DNA from: a virus
IMG/VR virus record: IMGVR_UViG_3300007539_004938
Location: 12,255 to 76,254 of that record
DNA: 64,000 nucleotides
Strand: one strand, 5' to 3'
Position 1 is the stretch's first letter, and every line of letters starts with the position of its first letter. Made by a program: the position numbers and the translations under genes. This document shows positions 54,953 to 64,000 of this stretch, one piece after another. The notes below the pieces were generated by a model that ran no database searches, had not been told where the DNA came from, and worked only from the letters and a program-made list of their open reading frames with translations.

Positions 54953-57910
54953 ATGGCAGACGAAGTTGAAATTATTAATGTAGGCGGACGTAATGGTGTT
55001 GCAAGTGAAGCAACACTAGACTTACTACTACGAGAGTTCCAAAAAAAATCCAGTAATAATAGCCAAGCAGCAAGAGATGCTGCAAGACTTCAAGCTCTGC
55101 ATAATAAAGCAGTAAAGGACAGTACAACTGCGTTTGGAAAACTTAAAGATGCAACTGACGATCTTTCTAAAAGTTTTATAGGTCGTGTAGGAAAACAAGC
55201 AATATATGCTGGTGACAGGTTAGGAGACTTTGCTGAAGCAGCATTTGGTGCATCAAGTATACTTACAAGTATCGTTAGATACGGTGATGACACTATTGAT
55301 ACACTAAGAGGATTAACCAGTGTAGGTGCAAGTTTCAACAACAGCATGTTTGATATGATAGCTGCTAGTGCTAATAGTGCAATGAACATGGAAGATTTTG
55401 CTTCTTTAGTTCAAAACAACGCTACAACTTTAGCAACATTTGGTGCTAATGTAACCAGTGGAACACGATTATTAGGACAGTTTAGCAAAGACTTTAGACG
55501 AGGTGTTGGTAATGATTTGTTTTCAATGGGATTTACTATTGCAGATGTCAATGAAGGCTTAATAGGATTTTTAGATCTTGAGCGTAGAAGATCTAACGCT
55601 TCTTTAAGAACTGACAGATTATCTCAAGAAGCTGCAATGGCATACGTTTTAGAACTTGATAAGTTGACAAAACTTACAGGCGAAGAACGTGAACAGGTTG
55701 CCGAAAGACTTGCAATGCAAGTACAAGATGCTGGTGTTAGAGCTCAAGTCAATAGACTAGAAGGTCAAGCAAGAGCTAATCTTCAATCTAACATTGCATT
55801 CCTTGACAGTCAACTTTCAGGACCATTAGCTGATGCACTTATGGATTTAACAGATGGAGTTGCTCAAACTGACGTTGGTAAAGCATTAGCAAACCAAGTG
55901 CCTGGTATAACAGAGTTTGCTAGAAGAATGTTCAATGGTCAAGTAGGACTTGACGAAATGACTAGTGTATTGTTAGATCAAGTACAACCTGCACTTGAAA
56001 ACTTTTCAACAACTACAGGAAAAGCAACATTAGATCAACTTAGAGGCAGTGGTGGTGTTGTTGGCGGAATGGTATCACTTGCAGATCAACTGTTTAGAAT
56101 TAATCAACTACAAGATAGAAATGCTGGATTATCTGCAGAAGAACAAGCAAAAAGAGATAAAGTAACATCTACTTTAGGCGGCTTTGAACAAGCAATTACT
56201 GATGTTAGAAAAACAGTAGTAGATGCATTCCTTGATGCATCTACAGCAGCTGACGGATTGTTTGATAGTTTTGGCGAACTTATGACCACGATTGGAAATA
56301 TTATTGCGCCAGAAGGAGTTGATGGAAGTATTCCTAGTTTTCAAACTAGTTTGAAAAACTTTATGACAGGTGCATTTGGCGAAGAAGGTTATGTAACAAA
56401 ACTTGTTAGCACAATCAATACTACGCTTGCTGGAATAGATTGGGATGCAACATTTTTGTATATAGAAACTAAGTTTAATGAGTTTACAGGCTGGCTTGAT
56501 GGACTATTACAAGTTTATAAGGCTGAAGGCTTTGGTGCAGCATTAGAACAAGCAGGCACTGATATAGTTAATACTCTACTCGACTTTTTCCTTGGAAAAA
56601 TGCAAAATGTAGGTGGCGTTGGTCCTGATGCTGAATATAAAAGAGTAGGTGGTTTGTTTGCAGGAATGTACGATAGTATAATTTCTTTTATGGACGGAAC
56701 TGGTGTATCTGACTTTATGCAACGTGTCTATGATACTATTTACGAATTCTTATTTAATCAAGATTCTAACGGTAAAACAAAAATGCAAACTTTTTTAAGC
56801 ACTGTATATAACAATATCTACGGATTCTTGTTTGAAGAAGACGCCAGCGGTAAAACAAAAATGGAATCATTTTTAAGCACTGCATATGATTCTGTATGGG
56901 ATTTTTTCTTTCCACAAACACAGACACAAGGACCTACCTTTTTTCAAAAAGTAGAAACAAAACTAAACGAACTTTTATTTCCTAATGCTCTATCAACTAA
57001 AAGTTTTGTAGATAATGTTGTTGAATACCTAAACAAGTTTATATACGGAACCAACAGTAGGCCAGACGGTACGGGTCGTATGACTGGAGGTATATTGTCT
57101 GGTATATCTGATGCAACTAACCGACTTCTAGAAGATAGTAGAGAAACATTAGTTTCATTGGCAGATACTATCAGTAACACTATACTCACAGTGTTTAATG
57201 AAAGAATACCAGAACTTATGGCTACTATTATAAACAGTGCGAAAAGTATATTAGGTGGTGGAAATGCAACTGTAAGCAGTATAGAAACTGGTGCCCCTAT
57301 TGCAGGTAATCTTACAGCCGCAATTGCTCAGTCATTAGGATCTGATGCATTTTCGGCTAGGATTGATCCTTTAGCGTTTTACGGACAAATGCAACGAGCA
57401 GGCGGTATTGTTGGACTTTCGGAACTGGATGACAGGTACCAAACCAGAGGGTATCTAAACACTGTTTACGGAGAACTACAAGGACAAGGTTTAACATCAG
57501 ACGATGCAAAACAACAAATACGTGACTCATTAAGAAAATTTATAACAGATAACTATAACGATACAGCAAGAGCAATGATGCTAGAATATTTAGAAGGTCC
57601 ATTAGCAGGATTTATAAATGAACTACCTGCTTATAATATAGGTACAAATGGTTTTCAAAACTTTGGTGCCGGTACACCTGTAATGGTTCACAATGAAGAA
57701 GCCATTGTACCTAAAAACAGTCCTGCTGGTCAAATGTTAGAATCTTATTATAGTGGCAGTCAAGATCAAGTATCAATCAAGATAGATCAGTTAAATACTA
57801 CTATGATGCAAGTGGTAAAACTTTTAGCTGCTGGTAATCAAATAAGCGAAAAAACTGCAAAAGGATTGAGGGGTATGACTACAGATTTTTATAGAGGAGC
57901 AAGGGTATGA
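54953..57910 (+). CDS. Tape-measure-like tail protein
   Basis: 985 aa, helical, Ala/Gly/Leu-rich; Y..ELDKLTKLTG; C-terminal GTNGFQNFG.GTPVM.H.EEAIVP; 26-aa internal repeats. Confidence 0.65.
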   Translation: MADEVEIINVGGRNGVASEATLDLLLREFQKKSSNNSQAARDAARLQALHNKAVKDSTTAFGKLKDATDDLSKSFIGRVGKQAIYAGDRLGDFAEAAFGASSILTSIVRYGDDTIDTLRGLTSVGASFNNSMFDMIAASANSAMNMEDFASLVQNNATTLATFGANVTSGTRLLGQFSKDFRRGVGNDLFSMGFTIADVNEGLIGFLDLERRRSNASLRTDRLSQEAAMAYVLELDKLTKLTGEEREQVAERLAMQVQDAGVRAQVNRLEGQARANLQSNIAFLDSQLSGPLADALMDLTDGVAQTDVGKALANQVPGITEFARRMFNGQVGLDEMTSVLLDQVQPALENFSTTTGKATLDQLRGSGGVVGGMVSLADQLFRINQLQDRNAGLSAEEQAKRDKVTSTLGGFEQAITDVRKTVVDAFLDASTAADGLFDSFGELMTTIGNIIAPEGVDGSIPSFQTSLKNFMTGAFGEEGYVTKLVSTINTTLAGIDWDATFLYIETKFNEFTGWLDGLLQVYKAEGFGAALEQAGTDIVNTLLDFFLGKMQNVGGVGPDAEYKRVGGLFAGMYDSIISFMDGTGVSDFMQRVYDTIYEFLFNQDSNGKTKMQTFLSTVYNNIYGFLFEEDASGKTKMESFLSTAYDSVWDFFFPQTQTQGPTFFQKVETKLNELLFPNALSTKSFVDNVVEYLNKFIYGTNSRPDGTGRMTGGILSGISDATNRLLEDSRETLVSLADTISNTILTVFNERIPELMATIINSAKSILGGGNATVSSIETGAPIAGNLTAAIAQSLGSDAFSARIDPLAFYGQMQRAGGIVGLSELDDRYQTRGYLNTVYGELQGQGLTSDDAKQQIRDSLRKFITDNYNDTARAMMLEYLEGPLAGFINELPAYNIGTNGFQNFGAGTPVMVHNEEAIVPKNSPAGQMLESYYSGSQDQVSIKIDQLNTTMMQVVKLLAAGNQISEKTAKGLRGMTTDFYRGARV
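56710..56912 (+). repeat. 78-bp (26-aa) tandem repeat in the tape-measure gene, about 2.5 copies
   Basis: cggtaaaacaaaaatg...tttttaagcactg at 56770 and 56848; F...VY..IY.FLF..D..GKTKM unit. Confidence 0.7.
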
Positions 57911-59625
57911 GCTGGAAAAAACATTTTACGCCTGTTCCTACAAATATGAATACTACTGGAAGTTATTCTCCATTTTCGTTCAGTCGTGGAACAGGAGTTG
58001 GTCCAGCAGCAGCAAACTATAGCAGCCACTTGCCTGATGTTTATGTTGGTTCACCAAACCGTATTGAACGTTACGGTCAATACAATACCATGGACAACGA
58101 TTCAGAAGTTAATGCTGCACTTGATATACTTGCTGAGTTTTGTTCACAAAAAAACAAAGAAAATCAAACTCCTTTTAAAATAAAATTTAATACTTCTCCA
58201 ACTAACTCTGAAGTTCAAATCATTGGACAATATTTAAAACAATGGTGTAAAATACAAGAGTTTGAAAAAAGAATTTTTAAAATCATTAGAAATACTTTCA
58301 AGTACGGTGACCAGTTTTTTATTAGAGACCCAGAAACAAAAAAATGGTTTCATGTTGATCCTGCTAATGTAACAAAGATTATTGTTAATGAAAGTGAAGG
58401 CAAACGTCCAGAACAATTTATAATCAAAGATTTAAACATTGCTTATGAAGGATTAAGCGCAACTAAAATCAATACCAATAACGCATATGGTCCTGGAGGT
58501 AACCAACCGGGTTATCAAACACTTGATCAAAAATATATGACAGGAAAAACTCCAGACGCAGGCACAAGTCGTTGGGGTAACGAATCAAACGAAACAGCAG
58601 TTGATGCCAATCATATGGTTCATTTGTCAATGAGTGAAGGACTTGATCAAAACTATCCATTTGGCAACAGTTTGCTTGAAAGCATTTTCAAAGTTTACAA
58701 ACAAAAAGAATTATTAGAAGATGCGATTATTATCTATCGTGTCCAACGTGCGCCAGAGCGCAGAGTATTCTACGTTGATGTGGGTAACATGCCAAGTCAC
58801 TTGGCAATGCAGTTTGTTGAGCGTGTTAAGACGGAAATACATCAAAGACGTATTCCATCCAAGACAGGTGGTGGACAAACAGTTGTGGACAGCAGTTATA
58901 ACCCGCTATCAATCAACGAAGACTACTTCTTTCCTCAAACTGCTGAAGGCCGCGGCAGTAAGGTTGAAACACTACCAGGCGGAACAAATCTGGGAGAGAT
59001 TGATGACCTTAAATACTTCACTAATAAGTTGCTACGCGGCTTACGTATCCCTAGTTCGTACCTACCAACTGGAGCAGATGATTCAGCTTCACAATACAAT
59101 GATGGACGTGTGGGGACCGCTTATATTCAAGAACTACGTTTCAACAATTATTGCGAACGTTTGCAAAGTTTGATTACTGAGGTTTTTAACAGAGAGTTTA
59201 AACTTTATCTAAATCAAAAAGGTTTAAATGTTGATGTTGCAATGTTTGATTTAGCATTACAACCACCTCAAAACTTTGCGAGTTATCGTCAAGCAGAACT
59301 TGACAATAATAGAATCTCAACATTTGCTCAAATGCAACAAATTCCTTTCATTTCTAATCGTTTTGCTTTACAACGTTTCTTAGGATTGAGCAAAGAGGAG
59401 ATTGCAGAAAACGAAAAACTATGGAGAGAAGAAAACGACGAGCTGTTACAAGTTCCTGGCGATGACGCAGCAAGTCAACTTAGAGATGCTGGCATTTCTG
59501 GAAGTGATATAAGTGCTGATACAGAAAATGCACAAGGAGACGAAATCACTGGAGACGAAGATGTTGCAGCCGGAGATGAAACGTCAGTAGTAGGAGGAGG
59601 TGCTGAAGTACAACCTACAGCATAA
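57907..59625 (+). CDS. gp20: Portal vertex protein
   Basis: LLEDAIIIYRVQRAPERRVFYVDVGNMP, EDYFFP..GRGSKVETLPGG.NLGEIDD..YF..KL...LRIPSS. Confidence 0.95.
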   Translation: MSWKKHFTPVPTNMNTTGSYSPFSFSRGTGVGPAAANYSSHLPDVYVGSPNRIERYGQYNTMDNDSEVNAALDILAEFCSQKNKENQTPFKIKFNTSPTNSEVQIIGQYLKQWCKIQEFEKRIFKIIRNTFKYGDQFFIRDPETKKWFHVDPANVTKIIVNESEGKRPEQFIIKDLNIAYEGLSATKINTNNAYGPGGNQPGYQTLDQKYMTGKTPDAGTSRWGNESNETAVDANHMVHLSMSEGLDQNYPFGNSLLESIFKVYKQKELLEDAIIIYRVQRAPERRVFYVDVGNMPSHLAMQFVERVKTEIHQRRIPSKTGGGQTVVDSSYNPLSINEDYFFPQTAEGRGSKVETLPGGTNLGEIDDLKYFTNKLLRGLRIPSSYLPTGADDSASQYNDGRVGTAYIQELRFNNYCERLQSLITEVFNREFKLYLNQKGLNVDVAMFDLALQPPQNFASYRQAELDNNRISTFAQMQQIPFISNRFALQRFLGLSKEEIAENEKLWREENDELLQVPGDDAASQLRDAGISGSDISADTENAQGDEITGDEDVAAGDETSVVGGGAEVQPTA

Positions 59626-59632
59626 ATACATT

Positions 59633-59881
59633 ATGATTTTACGAGAAATATATTACTTTGATAAAGAAACAATGGAACCAGTTGAAGATCAGCGTTATAA
59701 CGCTGAGGACGATGAATCAATTGTAAAAATCGATGATACACGTAAAACTAGACTTACTCTAAAAGATATCAATAAAGCACGTAGGGCTGATGATATGCAC
59801 AGAAAAGAGGCGCAAAAAGATTTAGTGCATATTAGACAAATGTATGGTATTGCAGCACAGCAACCAGAGGAAACAGTGTAG
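59633..59881 (+). CDS. Small head-region protein (MILREIYYF...DTRKTRLTL..INK.R)
   Basis: Start moved to ATG 59633, 4 nt after TAAATA (59623-59628), which overlaps the portal stop. Confidence 0.7.
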   Translation: MILREIYYFDKETMEPVEDQRYNAEDDESIVKIDDTRKTRLTLKDINKARRADDMHRKEAQKDLVHIRQMYGIAAQQPEETV

Positions 59882-59890
59882 GAGTATCAT

Positions 59891-60610
59891 TTGGTTAAAA
59901 AATATATACCTGGCGAAACCAAAGAACAACGAAAAGCCAGGAAGCGCCTAGAAAAAGCCCGTTTAGAACAAAAAGAAATACAAGAAATAGCAGAACGTCC
60001 TAGTATGATTATCGGACGCACAGCATTTGTGTTGGGTAACGGAACTAGTAGAGAAGAAATAGATCCTGTATTTCTTAGACCGCATGGAAGAATATATGGG
60101 TGTAATGCATTGTATAGAACATTTAACCCAGATTATTTAATAGCAGTTGATACAAAAATGATTCGTGAGATAACACAAAAAAACTTTCATTTACAGCATG
60201 GAAATGTATGGACTAACCCAAACAAATATACTAGAAGTATTCCAGGTTTAAATCTATTTAACCCTAACTTGGGATGGAGCAGTGGCCCGACTGCACTAAA
60301 CTTAGCAAGTAAACACGAAAATGATATTATATACATTTTAGGATTTGATTACGAAGGTATTGGTAATAAAAAAGAACTTGTAAACAATCTTTATGCAGGA
60401 ACAGAAAATTATAAAAATAAAAACGATAAAGCAACATATTTTGGTAACTGGTCTCGTCAAACTATGACAGTATTAAAACAAAATTCTAATACTAAATATA
60501 TCAGAGTTGTAAGAGATAAGGATTATTTTTTACCAGAAACTTTACAAGGAATACCAAATCTAGAGCATGTAACAGTAAAAGATTTTAAAAAAACATTCAG
60601 TATTTCTTAA
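59891..60610 (+). CDS. MptE / Maf / sialyltransferase-like nucleotide-binding protein
   Basis: AFVLGNGTSR, IYGCNALYR..PDYLIAVD, SSGPTAL..A, IYILGFD; TTG start after AGGAG. Confidence 0.55.
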   Translation: MVKKYIPGETKEQRKARKRLEKARLEQKEIQEIAERPSMIIGRTAFVLGNGTSREEIDPVFLRPHGRIYGCNALYRTFNPDYLIAVDTKMIREITQKNFHLQHGNVWTNPNKYTRSIPGLNLFNPNLGWSSGPTALNLASKHENDIIYILGFDYEGIGNKKELVNNLYAGTENYKNKNDKATYFGNWSRQTMTVLKQNSNTKYIRVVRDKDYFLPETLQGIPNLEHVTVKDFKKTFSIS

Positions 60611-60707
60611 TCTACATAGAAAATGAGCTCAAACGAGCCCATTTCTACGTATATTTTCCTAAAAAGTGTAAATATAATAGACAGCCTTGACAATAAAGGA
60701 GAATGAC

Positions 60708-61673
60708 ATGACTGATCTAAAAAAGTTTGAGGAAATGCTTGAACGCCTAGTCAATGAAGACAGAGAAGGTGCAGAAGAGCTATTCCATGAAATCGTGGTA
60801 GAAAAATCACGTGAGATTTACCAAAACATCATTGAATCAGATGACGAAGAAGTTGATGAAGCAACAGACGAAGAAGTTGATGAATCAGATGATGAAGAAG
60901 TTGATGAAGCAACTGATGAAGAAGTAGACGAAGCAACTGATGAAGAAGTAGACGAGTCAGAAGATGACGATCTAGATGAAATGTTTGGTTTAGACGAGCT
61001 TGACATGGAACCAGAAATGGGCGGCGACGAAACCGACGACATGATGGGCGACATTGAAATGCCAGATGGCGATGATGACGACGAAGAAGGCGACGACGAA
61101 GAAGGCGAAGGCCCTGAAGCAGCTATGGCTGATTTAGAAGCAGCATTCCAAAATCTTCAAGCAGAGTTTGAGAAAATGATGGGTGACGACGACGGAGATG
61201 ATGACGACGAAGCCGAAGAAGAAGCATTTGCATATGAGTCAGAAGAAGAAGTTGATGAATCAGATGATGAAGAAGTAGACGAAGCAACCGATGAAGAAGT
61301 TGATGAATCAGATGATGAAGAAGTTGATGAAGCTGTACAAAAATCAGCAGCAGAAATCATGCGCGAATATGCTAACAAAATGGCAGATGAACCAAAAAAA
61401 GGTGACAATGGCGCAAATGCAAAATCAGTAGTTGCAGGTAAAAACGATATGGGCGGAACAGCGTCAAACATCGTAGCTGGCGGTGAAGCTGACACAGGCG
61501 GAACAGCAGGCGGCTTAGCAGCACCAACTACAAAAGAAGATAACGCAGGTAACAGAAATGTTAAAGGCGGTACAAGTGCCAAATCAGGCACTAAAACAGA
61601 ACCTGGCCACGGCGCTGAGAAAAAGGGCAAGCCAGAGAACGCAGCTAATAAAAAATCACCTATTGGCAGCTAA
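60708..61673 (+). CDS. Highly acidic prohead core / scaffold-like protein
   Basis: Start at ATG 60708 after AAGGAG and TAAATA (60669-60674); lies between portal and protease; DEEVDE(A/S) repeats. Confidence 0.75.
   Translation: MTDLKKFEEMLERLVNEDREGAEELFHEIVVEKSREIYQNIIESDDEEVDEATDEEVDESDDEEVDEATDEEVDEATDEEVDESEDDDLDEMFGLDELDMEPEMGGDETDDMMGDIEMPDGDDDDEEGDDEEGEGPEAAMADLEAAFQNLQAEFEKMMGDDDGDDDDEAEEEAFAYESEEEVDESDDEEVDEATDEEVDESDDEEVDEAVQKSAAEIMREYANKMADEPKKGDNGANAKSVVAGKNDMGGTASNIVAGGEADTGGTAGGLAAPTTKEDNAGNRNVKGGTSAKSGTKTEPGHGAEKKGKPENAANKKSPIGS
60835..61335 (+). repeat. Two blocks of 24-bp tandem repeats encoding DEEVDE(AT/SD)
   Basis: ga(t/c)gaagaagt(t/a)ga(t/c)gaa units at ~60835-60970 and ~61240-61335. 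Confidence 0.8.
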
Positions 61674-61690
61674 AAAGTAAGGACTGATAG

Positions 61691-62308
61691 ATGTTTCAAC
61701 TACGTGAAAATCTAAGTTTTGACCAAGCTAGAATGGTCGTTGAGTCTGCCAACGAAGGCAAAGATCTTTACATGAAAGGTATTTGTATTCAAGGCGGCGT
61801 TAAAAACGCTAATCAGCGTGTTTATCCCGTAGAAGAAATTGGCAGGGCTGTCACCACGCTCAATGAGCAGATAGCCGGTGGATACTCAGTTTTAGGCGAA
61901 GTAGATCATCCTGAAGGACTTAACATAAACCTCGATCGTGTATGTCACATGGTAACAGAAATGTGGATGGACGGTCCAAACGGTTACGGAAAATTAAAAA
62001 TCCTACCTACTCCGATGGGAGGCCTAGTTAAAACAATGCTAGAAAGCGGCGTTAAACTAGGTGTCTCATCTAGAGGAAGTGGAGAAGTTGACGGCAGCGG
62101 AAACGTTGCCGGATTTGAAATAATCACTGTGGACGTTGTGGCACAGCCCAGCGCCCCTGGTGCGTATCCTACACCTATTTACGAACATATTATGAACGAA
62201 AGAGGTGGATACAAGGCATTATTAACTTCTAAAGAAGTAACAGGCGATCCAAAGGCAAAAAAATATATTAAAGAGAGTCTATTAAATATAATAGACAGGC
62301 TCCAATAA
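61691..62308 (+). CDS. gp21: Prohead protease
   Basis: GICIQG..KNANQRVYP, LGEVDHP (His), GVSSRGSG (Ser), DVVAQPSAPGAY. Confidence 0.95.
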   Translation: MFQLRENLSFDQARMVVESANEGKDLYMKGICIQGGVKNANQRVYPVEEIGRAVTTLNEQIAGGYSVLGEVDHPEGLNINLDRVCHMVTEMWMDGPNGYGKLKILPTPMGGLVKTMLESGVKLGVSSRGSGEVDGSGNVAGFEIITVDVVAQPSAPGAYPTPIYEHIMNERGGYKALLTSKEVTGDPKAKKYIKESLLNIIDRLQ

Positions 62309-62320
62309 AAGGAGAAAAAA

Positions 62321-63412
62321 ATGGAAGCACTTAAATCCCTTTTAGAGAGCGAAGCAATAACCGAAGCAATGGCTGCCGAAATTCAAGAAGCTTTTGATGC
62401 AAAAGTCAAAGAAAATCGTGTAGCTGTTACTGCTGAGTTGCGTGAAGAGTTTGCAAGTAAATATGAGCACGACAAAGGTGTAATGGTTGAAGCTGTTGAT
62501 TCACTAGTTACAGAAAAACTAGCTGAAGAAATGGCAGAGTTCCACGAAGATCGTAAACAACTTGCAGAACAGAAAGCAAAATATGCAGTTGCAATGAAGG
62601 AAAATGCAAGTCTGTTACAAAGATTTGTTACTGAAAATCTAGTAAAAGAAGTTAACGAACTACATGAAGACCAAAAGGCTATGGCTAGTAAGTTTTCTGT
62701 ACTAGAAGAGTTTGTTGTAGAACAACTTGCAGGTGAAATTGCGGAGTTCCAAGAAGACAAAAAAGACCTTGCTGAAACAAAAGTACGTTTAGTACGTGAA
62801 AGCAAAGACCATTTGAATAAAGTTAAAACAACTTTCATTCAAAAAAGTGCTGCAATGATTTCTGAAACTGTTGAAAAAGCACTAACAGGTGAAATATTAC
62901 AGTTGAAAGAAGATATTGACTCAGCACGTCGAAATGATTTTGGACGTAAGATTTTTGAAGCATTTGCAAATGAATATATGTCATCGCATTTGAATGAAAA
63001 ATCTGAAACACAAAAACTATTAAAAGTTCTTGCTGCTAAAGATCAACTACTATCAGAAGCAAAAGATTTAGCTAACAAAGCTAAAGATATTGCAAAAACA
63101 AAAGATGCTGAAGTAGCTCGTTTAGTTGAAGCGCAAGAGCGTACAAAAGTAATGAACGAGTTGGTTGCACCATTAGGTAAAGACCAGCGTGAAATCATGA
63201 CAGATTTACTGGAAACAGTTCAAACGAAGAAACTACGTGAATCGTTTGACAAATACCTACCATCAGTTATTGATGGTAAGAGCCCAGCAAAGCAGAAGGC
63301 ACCACTTACAGAAGGCAAAGAAATTACAGGCAACAGAAAACAAAAGTTCAGTAATGAAGCAGACGCAGTTGACAGAAATGTTATTGATATTAAGCGTCTA
63401 GCTGGATTATAA
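62321..63412 (+). CDS. gp22: Prohead core scaffolding protein
   Basis: Coiled-coil, Glu/Lys-rich; lies between gp21 and gp23. Confidence 0.85.
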   Translation: MEALKSLLESEAITEAMAAEIQEAFDAKVKENRVAVTAELREEFASKYEHDKGVMVEAVDSLVTEKLAEEMAEFHEDRKQLAEQKAKYAVAMKENASLLQRFVTENLVKEVNELHEDQKAMASKFSVLEEFVVEQLAGEIAEFQEDKKDLAETKVRLVRESKDHLNKVKTTFIQKSAAMISETVEKALTGEILQLKEDIDSARRNDFGRKIFEAFANEYMSSHLNEKSETQKLLKVLAAKDQLLSEAKDLANKAKDIAKTKDAEVARLVEAQERTKVMNELVAPLGKDQREIMTDLLETVQTKKLRESFDKYLPSVIDGKSPAKQKAPLTEGKEITGNRKQKFSNEADAVDRNVIDIKRLAGL

Positions 63413-63424
63413 AGGAGAAACATT

Positions 63425-64000
63425 ATGTCAGAACTATTAGAAAGTCGCTGGCAGGAGACCAAAGGTGCCCTTGTTGAAGGCCTTTCAGGCAACAAAAAAG
63501 CTGTTATGGAAACAACTCTTGAAAATACTCGTAAGCATTTGATGGAGACAGCAACAGCGGGTGCAACTTCTGCAGGTAACGTAGCAACACTTAACCGTGT
63601 GATCCTACCAGTGATCAGACGTGTTATGCCAACAGTGATTGCTAACGAAATCGTTGGTGTTCAGCCAATGACTGGTCCAGTGGGTCAAATCCACACACTA
63701 CGTGTACGTTATGCTGATAGCTATACAGGCACGTCAGGCGGAAGCGCAGCAGCTGGTGAAGAAGCTCTATCACCATTTAAAATTGCTGAAGGTTATTCAG
63801 GTAATGCAAATGGTAAAGCAGACGCAACAGCAGCAAAAGAAGGTGCAGCTGGTAACAGACTAAGCATCCAAATCTTGAAGCAAACAGTCGAAGCCAAATC
63901 ACGCAAACTAAGCGCACGTTGGACATTCGAAGCAGCTCAAGACGCTCAGTCACAGCATGGTATCGACGTAGAAGCAGAAATCATGGCAGCACTTGCTCAA
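63425..64000 (+). CDS. gp23: Major capsid protein, 5' part (truncated by the window end)
   Basis: Manual translation MSELLESRW...LPVIRRVMPTVIANEIVGVQPMTGPVGQIHTLRVRY...TVEAKSRKLSARWTFEAAQD...HGIDVEAE; AAGGAG Shine-Dalgarno. Confidence 0.97.
   Translation, partial: MSELLESRWQETKGALVEGLSGNKKAVMETTLENTRKHLMETATAGATSAGNVATLNRVILPVIRRVMPTVIANEIVGVQPMTGPVGQIHTLRVRYADSYTGTSGGSAAAGEEALSPFKIAEGYSGNANGKADATAAKEGAAGNRLSIQILKQTVEAKSRKLSARWTFEAAQDAQSQHGIDVEAEIMAALAQ

Noticed and set aside
58721-59173. 150-aa same-strand alternative-frame ORF inside the portal gene
   Set aside because: Lies in the most conserved part of gp20, with no Shine-Dalgarno and no recognisable motif; probably a by-product of codon usage
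60617-60647. Imperfect hairpin TAGAAAATGAGCTC-AAAC-GAGCCCATTTCTA after the Maf-like gene
   Set aside because: Could be a terminator or processing stem, but it has mismatches and no clear U-tract, so it is not called
60835-61335. Short direct repeats that might suggest a CRISPR array
   Set aside because: In-frame 24-bp coding repeats with synonymous variation, no unique spacers and no cas genes
1762-63495. Numerous 60-160-aa ORFs nested antisense or out of frame within long genes
   Set aside because: Fully contained in well-supported genes, with composition typical of reverse-complement shadows and no start signals
1-64000. Stop-codon reassignment, as seen in some jumbo phages
   Set aside because: Coding density is very high in the standard code, and TAA, TGA and TAG all end genes at tight junctions

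Overview
This 64 kb window is part of an AT-rich, T4-like (jumbo-type) myophage genome that reads in the standard bacterial code. (1) 1-14354 is a dense modification cassette: a PLP aminotransferase, an amidinotransferase, three SGNH-fold proteins, four glycosyltransferase-like proteins, a kinase-like protein and four radical SAM enzymes. (2) 14407-48216 (minus strand) holds tail fibre and baseplate genes: three paralogous fibres, a 4593-aa giant, gp6, gp25, a multi-enzyme gp5, and hub, gp53 and tube-cap-like genes. (3) 48291-52634 holds gp55-like late sigma factor, gp47/gp46 and a stand-alone GIY-YIG nuclease, followed by a ~430-nt GC-rich, highly structured non-coding region. (4) 53105-64000 holds a gp26-like gene with a clear -1 frameshift signal, a tape-measure-like gene, portal, acidic core protein, prohead protease, scaffold and the 5' part of the major capsid gene. 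The strongest leads are the GIY-YIG plus large structured RNA locus, a putative virion-glycosylation or guanidino-sugar pathway with a candidate D-S-T acceptor motif in the giant protein, the G/GT-style programmed frameshift, and leaderless and bidirectional TAAATA late promoters. All protein calls come from motif recognition only; no searches were run.
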